NCBI GenBank assembly: GCA_964016885.1
Contig: OZ024741.1
Span: 352,346,001 to 352,410,000 of the forward strand
DNA: 64,000 nucleotides
Origin: Eledone cirrhosa
Lineage: Eukaryota
Reading direction: 5' to 3'
Within the stretch, counting starts at the first letter, position 1. Each line of letters begins with the position of its first letter. This document shows positions 44,960 through 63,194 of this stretch, in pieces. A model generated the notes under the pieces. It searched no databases. It was not told where the DNA came from and saw only the letters and a list, made by a program, of their open reading frames with translations. Position numbers and translations under genes: made by a program.

Positions 44960-45373
44960 TTGTCCTCATTATCATTGAGGAGTAAGTGGACGAAGAAGCT
45001 GAAAAGAAGAATGGGTAGAAGAAGAAGAAAAGGGGGATAAGAAGATCACAAAGTTGTGAGTGCCTTCTTCTGCAAACCAAGCACACAACACACAAAAACA
45101 AGATGGTGTAGGACAGAGCAAAGGAGGGACACAAAATAAAAACCCAGTCACTGAGGAGGTCACAGAATGTGTGACGAAAGTGCTTTGACAATATATATAT
45201 AACCATACGGTTATCGAACCAACGGACCAATCGGAAATTTATAATAAATTGAAGTGAAAACCAATAGGTGCGTGTGATTTTATTGGCAGCATGACCCTCC
45301 CAAAGTATAACAATATCTGTTTCAACACGTTTTCAGATAAGAAATATTGCAAAACAAATTAAAAAACGAAGTG
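44960..45373 (+). mobile_element. PLE 3' end related to the 4133-6670 element (5' boundary uncertain)
   Basis: 45291-45360 atgaccctcccaaagtataacaatatctgtttc..gcaaaac.aatt matches 6590-6661; contains a hammerhead. Confidence 0.75.
45147..45189 (+). ncRNA. Minimal type I hammerhead ribozyme
   Basis: gtca CTGAGGA g gtcaca-gaatg-tgtgac GAAA gtgc TT tgac. Confidence 0.78.
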
Positions 45374-45504
45374 TATATATTGTACAGATTGATGTATGAA
45401 ATTTTGATACAACTTAAAGGACATAATTGTTTCTACTATACCAAAAATAATGGTCGCATCTAATAGGGTACGTCAAAATTATTTATAAAACTGTTTATAT
45501 ATTG

Positions 45505-45569
45505 TATTTTGTCTGATGAAGGCATACCATATTTTAATTTGGTATCCCTGAAATATGTATAATGAAATA
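45505..45569 (+). ncRNA. Minimal type I hammerhead ribozyme (single-arm relative of the 18251 element; homology continues to ~45650)
   Basis: tattttgt CTGATGA aggcatacca..tggtatccct GAAA tatgta TA atgaaata, then aatatggttttataaa..tactcca as at 18510-18561. Confidence 0.75.
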
Positions 45570-45979
45570 AATATGGTTTTATAAATATAGTTTCCATTTA
45601 TTTAATATCGTATATCTACTCCAAAAACTTGTCGAGTGCTTTATATCAGTTATAAAATATTTACTTGTATCCCAACAATTTTAAATAGAACTTTTGCATG
45701 TATATATATATATGTATGTATATTTGTGTATATATATCACTCAGTTAAACGACCAGATTTCAACTCCAACATCTACAACAACAACAACACCGGCACTAAT
45801 GTTTACAGCAACAACAGCTTCAGATTAAATTGAAATGAACATTTACAACAACAGCGGCATCAAAAGATTAAAAAAAAAAACACCACAAACAAACGAAAAA
45901 ACTCAAAATAACAAAACACACACACGCACACAACACAACAACATCAACTGCCACCAGCGACCGGGCCTTAAGAAAACTT

Positions 45980-46306
45980 TAATAATAATGTTTCTGCTTT
46001 TGGCACGGATCCAGCGACTGGTACTCTCTTTTGTTGACTCCGTGGGGATGAAAGGCAAGGTTGACCTCGGCGGGATTTAAGCTCAGAGCGTGGAGAGCCA
46101 TAACTCTATGCAGTAAAGCAATTATAATAATTGTTTCTACTTTAGGCACAGGGCCAGCAATTACCCAGTACATTACTGGTACTTTATTTTATCGACCCCG
46201 TAAGGATGAAAGGCAAAGTTAACCTCGGCGGGATTTGAATTCAGACTGTAAAGGGACGTAACTATGCTAGAAAGCATGGCGTCCGACCCTCTACCGATAC
46301 TGCCAC
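45980..46306 (-). mobile_element. Two tandem Deu/Nin-domain tRNA-derived SINEs
   Basis: - strand: B-box-like tgaattcaaatcc, gccgaggttaactttgcctttcatcc..ggggtcgataaaat..gtaccag, (tta)n tails; unit occurs twice. Confidence 0.82.
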
Positions 46307-46410
46307 TATTATAATAATACTGGACTGTAATACGATCGGCTTCATCTATACAAACTCTTGAAAGTCAACAGTTGACATAATCTTGTAATCTTGTATCAGT
46401 AATGACGGTA

Positions 46411-46442
<32 letters not shown>

Positions 46443-46559
46443 AAGTGAGTAGCGTGTGTGTTTGTTTGTATGTATGAGTGTTGCTGTGTGCGCGCGTATG
46501 TATGTATGTCGTACGTATAAGTGTCAATAAGTGAGTTTTTGGGGGGTTTTTTTGCGCGG

Positions 46560-49500
46560 GGACAGAAATAATCGGGCTGGATGCCCGATCGCGCAGTTAG
46601 ACCACTGGGAGTGAAGAACCCCTAGCCCTTGTCAGGGCATTCTTCTAGGAGAAGGCATCTCAGGAAACTGGGTTAACTCCGACATAAAAACTGCGGCTCA
46701 GTAGTTACCGATGATGTTGATCTTTTCTTCTTTTCGGGTTATAGCTACTGTCGCTCAGAAAGTGGGATTGGCTCAGTGCACAGTCTTTCCTCACTTTAAA
46801 AGTATTCGTCACGCACAGGCATTGCACGAGTGCATTAATAATTATTAATAGTGTACTATTATTATTATTATTGTTACTATTATTATTACTTTTTTTTTTT
46901 TTTTTTTTTTCCAATTCAATGATGTTCCAGAACAATATAAAAGAGATCATTGGCAATTTAGGTTCTGGAACAAAAAAGATAATTGGCAATAAGGGCAGGG
47001 GTCCCAGGTTATCACAGCCTGGGCCCGCTCGTCATCGTGCCATTGTAATAGAGCCAAACAAGGCATTTAGTCTTGGCTGCTGGAACGTACGGATGCTGTT
47101 TGACAGGGATTCCTTGGAGCGTCCTGAACGAAGGACCGCTCTTGTTGCAAAGGAGCTTTGACGTTACGATCTTGACATCGTGGCTTTATCTGAGACGAGG
47201 TTAGCTGGAGATGGTCATCTTACAGAATTTTGTGGAGAATATACATTCTTCTGGAAAGGAAGAGATGAAGGAACCAGAAGAGAGGCTGGGGTGGGATTTG
47301 CTGTTAAGACTGTACTTGTGAATAAATGTCCATGAGAATTCCGCTGGACAAAGGAAGATATGCGACCCTGGTGAGTGTGTATGCTCCAACTATGAATTCT
47401 GTCGATGAAGAAAAAGTGTCCTTTTACCATGCCTTGAAAGGTGTTTTAAGAAATATCCCTCAGGCAGACAAAGTCATCGTGCTTGGTAACTTTAATGCTA
47501 GAGTGGGTAGGGATATTAACACATGGAATGTAATCGGAAGGCATGGGGTGGGAAAGTGTAACAACAATGGTATGCTCCTGCTGCAGATGTGTGAGGAGCT
47601 GGATCTGTGTGTTACCAACACCACGTTCCAACAAAAGAACAAATTCAAGACCACATGGATGCATCCTGCATCGAAGGAATGGCATCTTTTGGACTACGTC
47701 CTAGTCAGGATGCGTGACAGACAGGATGTGCAGTGTGTTCGTGCTCTTCGTGGAGCTGAGTGCTGGACGGACCACCGCCTGGTACGCGAAAAAGTGAAAC
47801 TAATCACTAAACGTAAAATCCGGGCTCCTGGTGTTGCCCTGCCCAAAAGATTGAATGCTGCACGTCTTAAGGATAAAAATGTGAAGAGGACATTGGAAGA
47901 AGAGATGCAGGCTGCAGATCTTGGTGAGGATTGGCCGATCCTTAAAAAGTCGGTTTATGATGTAGGCAGGCGTGTTCTGGGATTGGTGCAGAGAAAACAT
48001 CAGGACTGGTTTAATGAGAATGATGTACATATAGAAGACTTGTTGGCTGATAAGAGGCGTGCTCTGTCACGCTACTTGACGGCAAAACCACAGTAGAGGA
48101 ATACGTTGCATGAGGAACTCAAGGATGTAAAATCACGTGTTAGGCGGAGTCTTTCTCAGATGAGGGATCAGTGGTGGAGTGAGAAGGCTGGTGAGATACA
48201 AACTGCGTCAGATTCCAATAACACAAAGCTGTTGTACAGTCTCTTGCGTGAGGTTTATGGACCGTCTTCTTCTCTGGTGACACTGCTTCGCAGTAAGGAT
48301 GGCAAAGAACTTCTTCGTGACTCACAAGGAATTCTACGAAGGTGGCGAGAGGACTTTGATGATCTTTTGAATCAGCCGTCTGTCGTCAGTGAAGATTTCC
48401 TCAATCTCATTCCAGAAAGTCCTGTGAAAGTAGCTCTCGCAGAACCTCCGACGCTTGTGGAGGTTGCAGTGGCTATTTCGAAGCTGAACAGTGGAAGATC
48501 TCCAGGTATGGATGGCATACATGCTGAGCTCCTACAATATGGTGGTGAGAGACTCCTGCAACATCTTCACTCTTTGTTTGGCAGGATATGGGCTAATGAA
48601 TCCGTACCTGAGGACTGGAGAGATGCAGTAATGGTGGTCTTGTACAAGGGAAAGGGTAACAGGAATGATTGTGGGAACTACAGAGGTATATCATTGCTTT
48701 CTGTCGTAGGGAAAGTTTTATGTAGGGTGCTTCTGGACCGTCTGCTGACACACATTGCAGATTGTGTTCTTCCTGAAAGTCAATCTGGTGTTTGTGCTGG
48801 ACGCGGCACTACTGATATGATCTTCTCAGCGAGACAGCTCCAGGAAAAGTGCATGGAACAAGGCTTGGATCTGTATCAGGTTTTTGTCGATCTGACAAAA
48901 GCTTTCGATACTGTTAACAGAGATGCATTGTGGAAGGTTCTCCAGAAACTTAGTTGCCCTGATAAGTTCCTTGCTTTAGTTAGGTCTTTCCATGAAGGCT
49001 TGGGTTAATGTCGGAGCCTATCTCAGTAAAAAATGGAGTGAAACAGGGGGATATTCCAGCACCGATCCTGTTTGCCATATACTTTGCAATGGTTTTCTGT
49101 ATTGCATTCAGGAATTGTGAGCATGGTGTTTACATCCGATATCGAACCTCAGGCAGCATATTTAACATCAGGCGCTTTGCTGCGAAGACAAAAGTATTTA
49201 CATCAATCATAAGAGACCTCTTGTATGCAGATGATTGCGATCTTGTAGCGCACACAGTGAGTGATATGCATTTTCTGACGCTTGCACTGCCCTAGGATTG
49301 ACTGTCAGTCTCAAGAAAACCGTCGTCATGTACCAACCTGCCCCTGGTAAGCAGTACACTGAACCAAATATCTATGTGTATGGTAAACGTCTTGGAGTGG
49401 TTGATCAGTTTGTCTACCTGGGAAGCACTGTCAATCGATACAGCAACCTTGACAGTGAAATCTCACTTAGGATTAGGAAAGCAAGTGATGCTTTCGGAAA

Positions 49501-50679
49501 GCTAGAAAGGCGACTCTGGGGTCAGCGAGACATATGCAGGAGGACAAAGGTAAAGGTGTGCAGGGCATGTGTGCTCTCTTGTCTTCTTTATGCCTGCGAG
49601 ACCTGGGTCACATATCGACACCACCTTAAGCAATTGGAGCGTTTCCATCAGATGTGTCTCAGACGGATCCATGGCCTTCACTGGAGGGACCACATCAGTG
49701 ATATCGAGATTTTGGAAAGCTCTATGTGTGACAGTATAGAAGCTCTTGTGCTTAAGCAACGACTCCGTTGGAGTGGTCACCTTGCCAGGATGAAGGATTC
49801 TAGAATACCAAAACAACTCTTTTATGGAGAGTTGGTTAAAGGAAAACGACCGCCACATAAACCAAAAAAGAGGTATAAGGATTCCTTGAAAGCCTCTCTG
49901 AAAGACGCTAACATCTCTGCTGATACATGGGAAAATATTGCTGCTGATCGTAATAAATGGAGAAAGACTGTATACGAGGAAAAAGTTGCCTTTGAGGCAT
50001 TTCGAATCGCATACGAGAAAGTAAAGCGGGATGTGAGGAAGGGCATTGCTGTTGCACTTCCAGACGGCGAGGGTCCTCCTATGGTGCTGACATGCAGCGT
50101 CTGTGCGAGACTCTGCCTAAGCAAAGTTGGACTCGAAAGTCAGCTTCGCAGTCATAAAGTAAGACCAGTGGTTGACTACCAGGCTGCTGTTTGAGATGCT
50201 ACTCATCATGCTGGCCAAACATGTGGTAGAGAATGTAAATCAGCAGGAGGGCTCAAGCGACATGCAAAAGTTCACGAACTCCAACCACAGCCGACTATTC
50301 CCAGTGAATGTTTTGGTTCGACTATTCCCAGTGAATGTTTTGGTTGCCGACTCTGTGCAAGACATTTTAGATCATTGGCTGGGCTAAAAAGCCACATTCA
50401 ATCGCAGCACTGTTAGTTACTATCGTGTGTGTGGGTGTGTATAGATATGTTTGTGTGTGCGTGTGAGTGTGTATATATATATGTATATGTATATTATTAT
50501 TGTTGTTGTCGTTATTATTATTGTTGTTATTATTATTATTGTTATTAACGTATATATGTGTGTGTGTATATGTATGTGTGTGTGTATATATATATATTTC
50601 TTTTTTCTTTTTTATTTATTTATTAATTTTTTTTTCTCGTGCAATGGCTATACTCGATAACGAGGGGGCAGCCATCATG
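46560..50679 (+). mobile_element. Near full-length RTE-BovB-like LINE (5' UTR, disrupted ORF ~46920-50415, 3' stem-loop)
   Basis: LGCWNVR, SVYAPT, LGNFNARVG, LLDYVL, TDHRLV, NYRGISLLS, FVDLTKAFDTV, LLYADD, FVYLGS, RLRWSGHL, three C2H2-like motifs; terminus ctcgataacgagggggcagccatcatg. Confidence 0.95.
50292..50346 (+). repeat. 27 bp tandem duplication inside the RTE ORF end
   Basis: cgactattcccagtgaatgttttggtt x2. Confidence 0.9.
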
Positions 50680-55115
<4,436 letters not shown>

Positions 55116-55606
55116 TATAAATTAATATGTATATGATGAAACACAGATACCAACACATCTGTATATATATTGCAAAAGAAAAATGTAGCCAGATTGAAGT
55201 ATACTAATTATTATACTACAGTTTGTCCATATCGATTTAAAATAATAAATCAACGGAGCGGGACATGATATTCCTACACTTATTTAACTCGAAACATATT
55301 TGGATCTTAAAGTCTAAACTTATCTACGGAACAGGTTTGATTTTGAAATTTAAATGTGTCTAAACATCACGGCCTTTTGCCAATACAGTTCGTCTCCGTT
55401 GATTTATTATTTTAAATCGATATGGACAAACTGTAGTATAATAATTAGTATACTTCAATCTAGCTAAATTTTTCTTTCGCAATATATATACAGATGTGTT
55501 GGTATCTGTGTTTCATCACATACATATTAGTTTATACACTGCTCAGGGGATATTTTTCCTCCTTCGAGCTGATTCCATTGTAAAAGAATTCATTACCTTA
55601 TTAATT
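55116..55606. mobile_element. Fold-back element: ~143 bp inverted arms, 135 bp spacer, 70 nt one-sided tail
   Basis: 55116-55258 vs 55394-55536 are reverse complementary with few mismatches; tail 55537-55606; in (TA)n; no canonical hammerhead seen. Confidence 0.75.
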
Positions 55607-55737
55607 ATGTATATATATATGTATATATATATATATGTATATATATGTATATATATATATGTATATATATGTATATATATATATGTATATATATATATAT
55701 GTATGTATATATATAAGTATGTATATATATATGTATG

Positions 55738-55951
<214 letters not shown>

Positions 55952-56040
55952 TGTATATATATGTATATATATATATGTATGTATATATATATATGTATGT
56001 ATGTATATATATGTATGTATGTATATATATATATGTATGT

Positions 56041-56081
<41 letters not shown>

Positions 56082-56164
56082 TATATGTATATATATATAT
56101 GTATGTATATATATATATGTATGTATATATATATATATATGTATGTATATATATATATATATAT

Positions 56165-57550
56165 AAGGTATTTGAGAGAGTGGTGAGATCGCGAATGACC
56201 CACTTCCTTGAAAGTAACAATATGCTGAACTCCAACCAGCATGGATTCCGTAATGGAAGGGATTGCCTGACGCAGCTACTGCGTCACTTTGATGACATTT
56301 TGAGAGCCTTGGGAGAGGGTTCCAACACTGATGTTATCTACCTTGATTTCAGCAAGGCCTTTGACAGGGTTGATCATAACATTCTACTGAGAAAACTGTC
56401 CAATATTGGTGTCACTGGAAAGCTGCTGCAGTGGATCAAGAGCTTCCTGTCAAACAGAACCCAACATGTTGTAGTTGAAGGAGTCAAATCCAGCCCAGCC
56501 AAAGTCAGTAGTGGTGTCCCACAAGGCACTGTGTTGGGCCCACTTCTCTTCATCATCTATATTAATGACATCAAACACAGCAACATTAAAATTTTTGCTG
56601 ATGATTCCAAGCTCCAAAAGGTCATCAATGGCGTGGATGACCGGATAAGCCTTCAGTCAGACCTACTGGCTGTTACCCAATGGGCGGAAAAGAACAACAT
56701 GTTACTGAACGAAGACAAATTCAAACTGATCCACTTTGGAAAAGAGGATGCTCTGAAACTCCCGTACTCCCTTTCTTCCAGGGAAACTCTCGTGGCATCT
56801 AACAACATCAGAGACTTGGGAGTAACCGTGGACAGCAACATAAGCTGGGCCACGCATATAAGCAGCAAAGTTGACATGGCCCGCAGAATGTGTTCCTGGA
56901 TCCTCAGAACCTTCCAGTCGAGAGATTCCCACACCATTATCCTTCTCTTCTCTACTTTTGCCTGACCACACCTTGAATACTGTTGTCCACTGTGGTCCTC
57001 CACACGAAACAAAGTATCATGAAACTTGAAGCTCCTCAAAGGGCAATCACGAAAAAGATAGATGGCATGGGGTCGACTAGAAAAGCTGAAACTTTACTCA
57101 CTCCAACGTCGCCATGAGCGTTATATTATCTGCATGATGTGGAAAATGTTCCATCATCACTGCCCAAATGCTGTTGGCATCGCCTTCAAGATACACCCAA
57201 GGCTTGGGCCCCGTGCTATCCGTCCCATACAAAAATCTAAATCGCAATTCATAACAACAATACGGCACAATTATTTCACCTCAATTGGCCCTGCTCTCTT
57301 CAACATCACACCAGGACACGTCAAAACAGAAACTGACCACACAAAATTCAAGAAGTCTTTGGACAAATTCCTCCAAGTAATCCCGGACAAACCACCCACA
57401 CCCGGATATGTCTCCGCAAACAGTAATTCTCTTCTCGAATGGGCCATGGTGCCCAAATCCTGAATTGAAAGACTTCGCTAGGTGGTGCTATTAAGTTAGA
57501 CATGGCCTGGGCCAATACTGGCCAAAACATTTCAAAGTTATTCAAAGTTA
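56165..57550 (+). mobile_element. 5'-truncated CR1-clade LINE (RT to 3' end, with stop, frameshift and small deletions)
   Basis: [40 protein letters not shown]; 3' end ttcaaagttattcaaagtta. Confidence 0.93.
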
Positions 57551-57949
57551 TATATGTATATATATATATGTATGTATGTATATATATATATGTATGTATA
57601 TATATATATTCTTGTATATATATGTATATATATATATATATATGTATGTATATATATATGTATATATATATATATATGTATGTATATGTATATGTATGTA
57701 TATAAATATATGTATGTATATATATATATCTATATATATATATGTATGTATATATATATATGTATGTATATATATATATGTATGTATATATATATGTATG
57801 TATATATATATATCTATATATATATATATGTATGTATGTATATATATATGTATGTATATATATATGTATGTATATATATATGTATGTATATATATATATG
57901 TATGTATATATATATATGTATGTATATATATATATATGTATATATATAC

Positions 57950-58047
<98 letters not shown>

Positions 58048-58064
58048 GTTTATATATATGTATG

Positions 58065-58117
<53 letters not shown>

Positions 58118-58385
58118 GTTTATATATATATGTATATATATATATGTATATATATATATGTATATATATATATGTATATATATATATGTATATATATATA
58201 TGTATATATATATATGTATATATATATATATGTATGTATATATATATATGTATATATATATATGTATGTATATATATATATGTATATATATATATGTATG
58301 TGTATATATATATATGTATGTATATATATATATATGTATGTATATGTATATATATATATGTATGTATATATATATATATGTATGT

Positions 58386-58433
<48 letters not shown>

Positions 58434-58696
58434 GTATATATATATATGTATGTACATATATATATGTATGTATATATATATATATATGTATATATATATG
58501 TATATATATATGTATGTATGTATGTATGTATATATATATGTATGTATGTATGTATGTATATATATATGTATGTATGTATGTATATATATATGTATGTACG
58601 TATATATATATGTATGTATGTATATATATATGTATGTTTGTATATATATATATGTGTATGTATATATATATATATGTATGTATATATATATATGTA
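57551..58696. repeat. (TA)n/(TATG)n microsatellite between two CR1 tails
   Basis: Direct inspection. Confidence 0.98.
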
Positions 58697-59734
58697 TAAC
58701 TTTGAATAACTTTGAAATGTTTTGGCCAGTATTGGCCCAGGCCATGTCTAACTTAATAGCACCACCTGGCGAAGTCTTTCAATTCAGGATTTGGGCACCA
58801 TGGCCCATTCGAGAAGAGAATTACTGTTTGCGGAGACATATCCGGGTGTGGGTGGTTTGTCCGGGATTACTTGGAGGAATTTGTCCAAAGACTTCTTGAA
58901 TTTTGTGTGGTCAGTTTCTGTTTTGACGTGTCCTGGTGTGATGTTGAAGAGAGCAGGGCCGATTGAGGTGAAATAATTGTGCCGTATTGTTGTTATGAGT
59001 TGCGATTTAGATTTTTGAATGGGACGGATAGCACGGGGCCCAAGCCTTGGGTGTATCTTGAAGGCGATGCCAACATCATTTGGGCAGTGATGATGGAACA
59101 TTTTCCACATCATGCAGATAATATAACGCTCACGGCGACGTTGGAGTGAGTAAAGTTTCAGGTTTTCCAATCGACCCCAGTAGTCAAGGTCTGACATGCC
59201 ATCTATCTTTTTCGTGATTGCCCTTTGAGGAGCTTCAAGTTTCATGATACTTTGTTTCGTGTGGGGAGACCACAGTGGACAACAGTATTCAAGGTGTGGT
59301 CGGGCGAAAGTAGAGAAGAGAAGGATAATGGTGCGGGAATCTCTCGACTGGAAGGTTCTGAGGATCCAGGAACACATTCTGCGGGCCATGTCAACTTTGC
59401 TGCTTATATGCGTGGTCCAGCTTATGTTGCTGTCCACGGTTACTCCCAAGTCTCTGATGTTGTTAGATGCCACGAGAGTTTCCCCGGAGGGAAGGGAGTA
59501 CGGGAGTTTCAGAGCATCCTCTTTTCCAAAGTGGATCAGTTCGAATTTGTCTTCGTTCAGTAACATGTTGTTCTTTTCTGCCCATTGGGTAACAGCCAGT
59601 AGGTCTGACTGAAGGCTTATCCGGTCATCCACGCCATTGATGACCTTTTGGAGCTTGGAATCATCAGCGAAAATTTTAATGTTGCTGTGTTTGATGATGT
59701 CAGTGATGTCATTAATATAGATGATGAAGAGAAG
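58697..59734 (-). mobile_element. 5'-truncated CR1-clade LINE, open frame, almost identical to 11736-12587
   Basis: [16 protein letters not shown]..to ..[13 protein letters not shown]; same 3' end. Confidence 0.93.
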
Positions 59735-59833
59735 ATATATATACATACATATGTATGTATATATATATATGTATGTATATATATATATGTATGTATATAT
59801 ATATATATATGTATGTATATATATATATGTATG

Positions 59834-59948
<115 letters not shown>

Positions 59949-60033
59949 ATATATATATATGTGTATGTATGTATGTATATATATGTATGTATGTATATAT
60001 ATATATGTATGTATATATATATATGTATGTATA

Positions 60034-60066
<33 letters not shown>

Positions 60067-60407
60067 ATATGTATGTATATATGTATATATGTATGTATAT
60101 ATATATATATATGTATGTATGTATATATGTATGTATGTATATATGTATGTATATATATATGTATGTGTATATATGTATATGTATGTATATATATATGTGT
60201 GTGTGTATATATATGTATGTGTGTATGTATGTGTATATGTATATATATATATGTATATGTATGTGTATGTATATATGTGTGTATGTGTATGTGTATATGT
60301 ATATGTATGTATATATGTATGTATATGTATATATGTATGTATATATATATATATGTATATATATATGTGTGTATGTATGTATGTATATATATATGTGTGT
60401 ATGTATG

Positions 60408-60460
<53 letters not shown>

Positions 60461-60550
60461 GTATGTGTGTATGTATGTATATATATGTGTAAGTATGTAT
60501 ATGTATGTATATATATACGTATGTGCATACATGTATATATATATACATAT

Positions 60551-61110
60551 CTCATGGTCGGGTCGTTGGCGACTAAACTGGCAACCCCACCAAGGTTTCT
60601 TGGTGAGGAGGGTGACTTTGGACATCCTGCAGGACTAAAAACAAAACCTGTCAAAGGGCAAAGGAGCTCTTAAGAGTCAATGGCCATCCAAAATCACAGG
60701 GAGAGATGACACCTTAACCTTTGTCAAGGCAGAATTTTAGGAGAAGGAAAACTCTGATATAACACCTGCAACCCTGATGGTATCCAATGATGTTGACTTG
60801 TTCTTCGTTTTGGTAAATATCATCTTGGTTAAGAGAGTGGGACTGGCTTTGTGCAGTGCCTTTGCTCACTATAAAAGCTTCACAGCACAGGCATTGCTTT
60901 ATATCTGGAGATCTCTCTGCACTTGTCGTCACATGGTACCATGGGCCCAGCACTATGTGTCAATAATTGTCACAAGTGTAGTCTTTGTACCCGAGTTTTC
61001 AAGTCGCTGGCTGGACTAAAAAGTCACATTCGTTCAGCGCATTGGTAGGGGTTCTCCTACATGGATATAAAGTAGTGGCCGTACTCGAAAACGAGTTGGC
61101 AGCCACCATG
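60551..61110 (+). mobile_element. Longest copy (~560 bp) of bipartite non-autonomous RTE-BovB derivative (5' UTR fused to ORF end + 3' stem-loop)
   Basis: 60715-60897 resembles RTE 5' UTR 46620-46825 (ttgtca.ggca, taggagaagg, atgatgttga, agtggga.tggct, ctcact.taaaag, gcacaggcattgc); 60970-61110 resembles RTE 3' end 50340-50415 + 50641-50679. Confidence 0.82.
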
Positions 61111-61297
61111 TATGATATATATATATGTATGTATGTATATAAATGTATGTATGTATATAAATATATGTATGTATATAAATATATGTATGTATATATATAT
61201 ATATGTATGTATGTATATATATATATATGAATGTATATATATATATATGAATGTATGTATATATATATATATGTATGTATATATATATATATGTATG

Positions 61298-61346
<49 letters not shown>

Positions 61347-61431
61347 ATATATATATGTATATATATGTATGTATGTATATATATGTATGTATGTATATAT
61401 ATATATGTATATATATGTATATATATGTATG

Positions 61432-61463
<32 letters not shown>

Positions 61464-61475
61464 TATATGTATGTG

Positions 61476-61542
<67 letters not shown>

Positions 61543-61618
61543 GTATGTATATATATATATATGTATGTATATATATATATATATATGTATGTATATATAT
61601 ATATATGTATGTATATAT

Positions 61619-61659
<41 letters not shown>

Positions 61660-61685
61660 TATGTATGTATATATATATATGTATG

Positions 61686-61718
<33 letters not shown>

Positions 61719-61877
61719 GTATGTATATATATATATGTATGTATATATATATATGTATGTATATATATATATATGTATGTATATATATATATATATATGT
61801 ATATATATGTATGTATATATGTATATATATATATGTATGTATATATATATATGTATGTATATATATATATATGTATG

Positions 61878-61908
<31 letters not shown>

Positions 61909-62144
61909 GTATGTATATATATATATATATGTATGTATATGTATGTATATATATATATATATGTATGTATATGTATGTATATATATATATATATGTATGT
62001 ATATGTATGTATATATATATATATGTATGTATATATATGTATATATATATGTATGTATGTATATATATATATATACATATATATGTATGTATGTATATAT
62101 ATATATATATACATATATATGTATGTATGTATGTATGTATATAT

Positions 62145-62185
<41 letters not shown>

Positions 62186-62201
62186 TATATATGTATGTAT
62201 G

Positions 62202-62232
<31 letters not shown>

Positions 62233-62303
62233 GTATGTATATATATATATATGTATGTATATATATATATATGTATGTATATATATATATATATATATGT
62301 ATG

Positions 62304-62388
<85 letters not shown>

Positions 62389-62473
62389 ATATATATATGT
62401 ATATATATATATGTATATATATATGTATGTATATATATATATGTATATATATATATGTATATATATATGTATG

Positions 62474-62558
<85 letters not shown>

Positions 62559-62829
62559 ATATATATATGTATATATATATGTATGTATATATATATATGT
62601 ATATATATATGTATGTATATATATATATGTATGTATATATATATATGTATGTATATATATATATGTATGTATGTATGTATATATATATATGTATGTATAT
62701 ATATATGTATGTATATATATATATGTATGTATATATATATATGTATGTATATATATATATGTATATATATATGTATGTATATATATATATGTATGTATAT
62801 ATATATGTATGTATATATATATATGTATG

Positions 62830-62861
<32 letters not shown>

Positions 62862-62890
62862 TGTATGTATATATATATATGTATGTATAT
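61111..62890. repeat. (TA)n/(TATG)n microsatellite
   Basis: Direct inspection. Confidence 0.98.
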
Positions 62891-63018
62891 GTAGGAGGTG
62901 AGTTTTATTGTAGTACAATAAAGCAATGCAGATATCGGATAAGAAGCACTCTACAGTTTGTAGGACTGGAGTATACATAATATATAAGATCAAAAGATGG
63001 TTAAAAGAGTTCCACGTA

Positions 63019-63085
63019 TTTTATTATGCGCATTTCAAAAACAAATATCATCATGCAATAATATTTGTGTTTTCATCAGATAAAA
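63019..63085 (-). ncRNA. Minimal type I hammerhead ribozyme
   Basis: - strand ttttat CTGATGA ..GAAA tgcgca TA ataaaa. Confidence 0.8.
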
Positions 63086-63194
63086 TAGGAAGACATGATA
63101 TGAAGGTTAAAAAACACTTGTGAATAGTGCAGTTTTATGATTTAAAACTGCACTATTCACAAGTGTTTTTTAACCTTCATATCATGTCATCCTA

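Noticed and set aside
60551-60620. HDV-like ribozyme at the RTE-derived 5' end
   Set aside because: Could not assemble the nested double pseudoknot by eye
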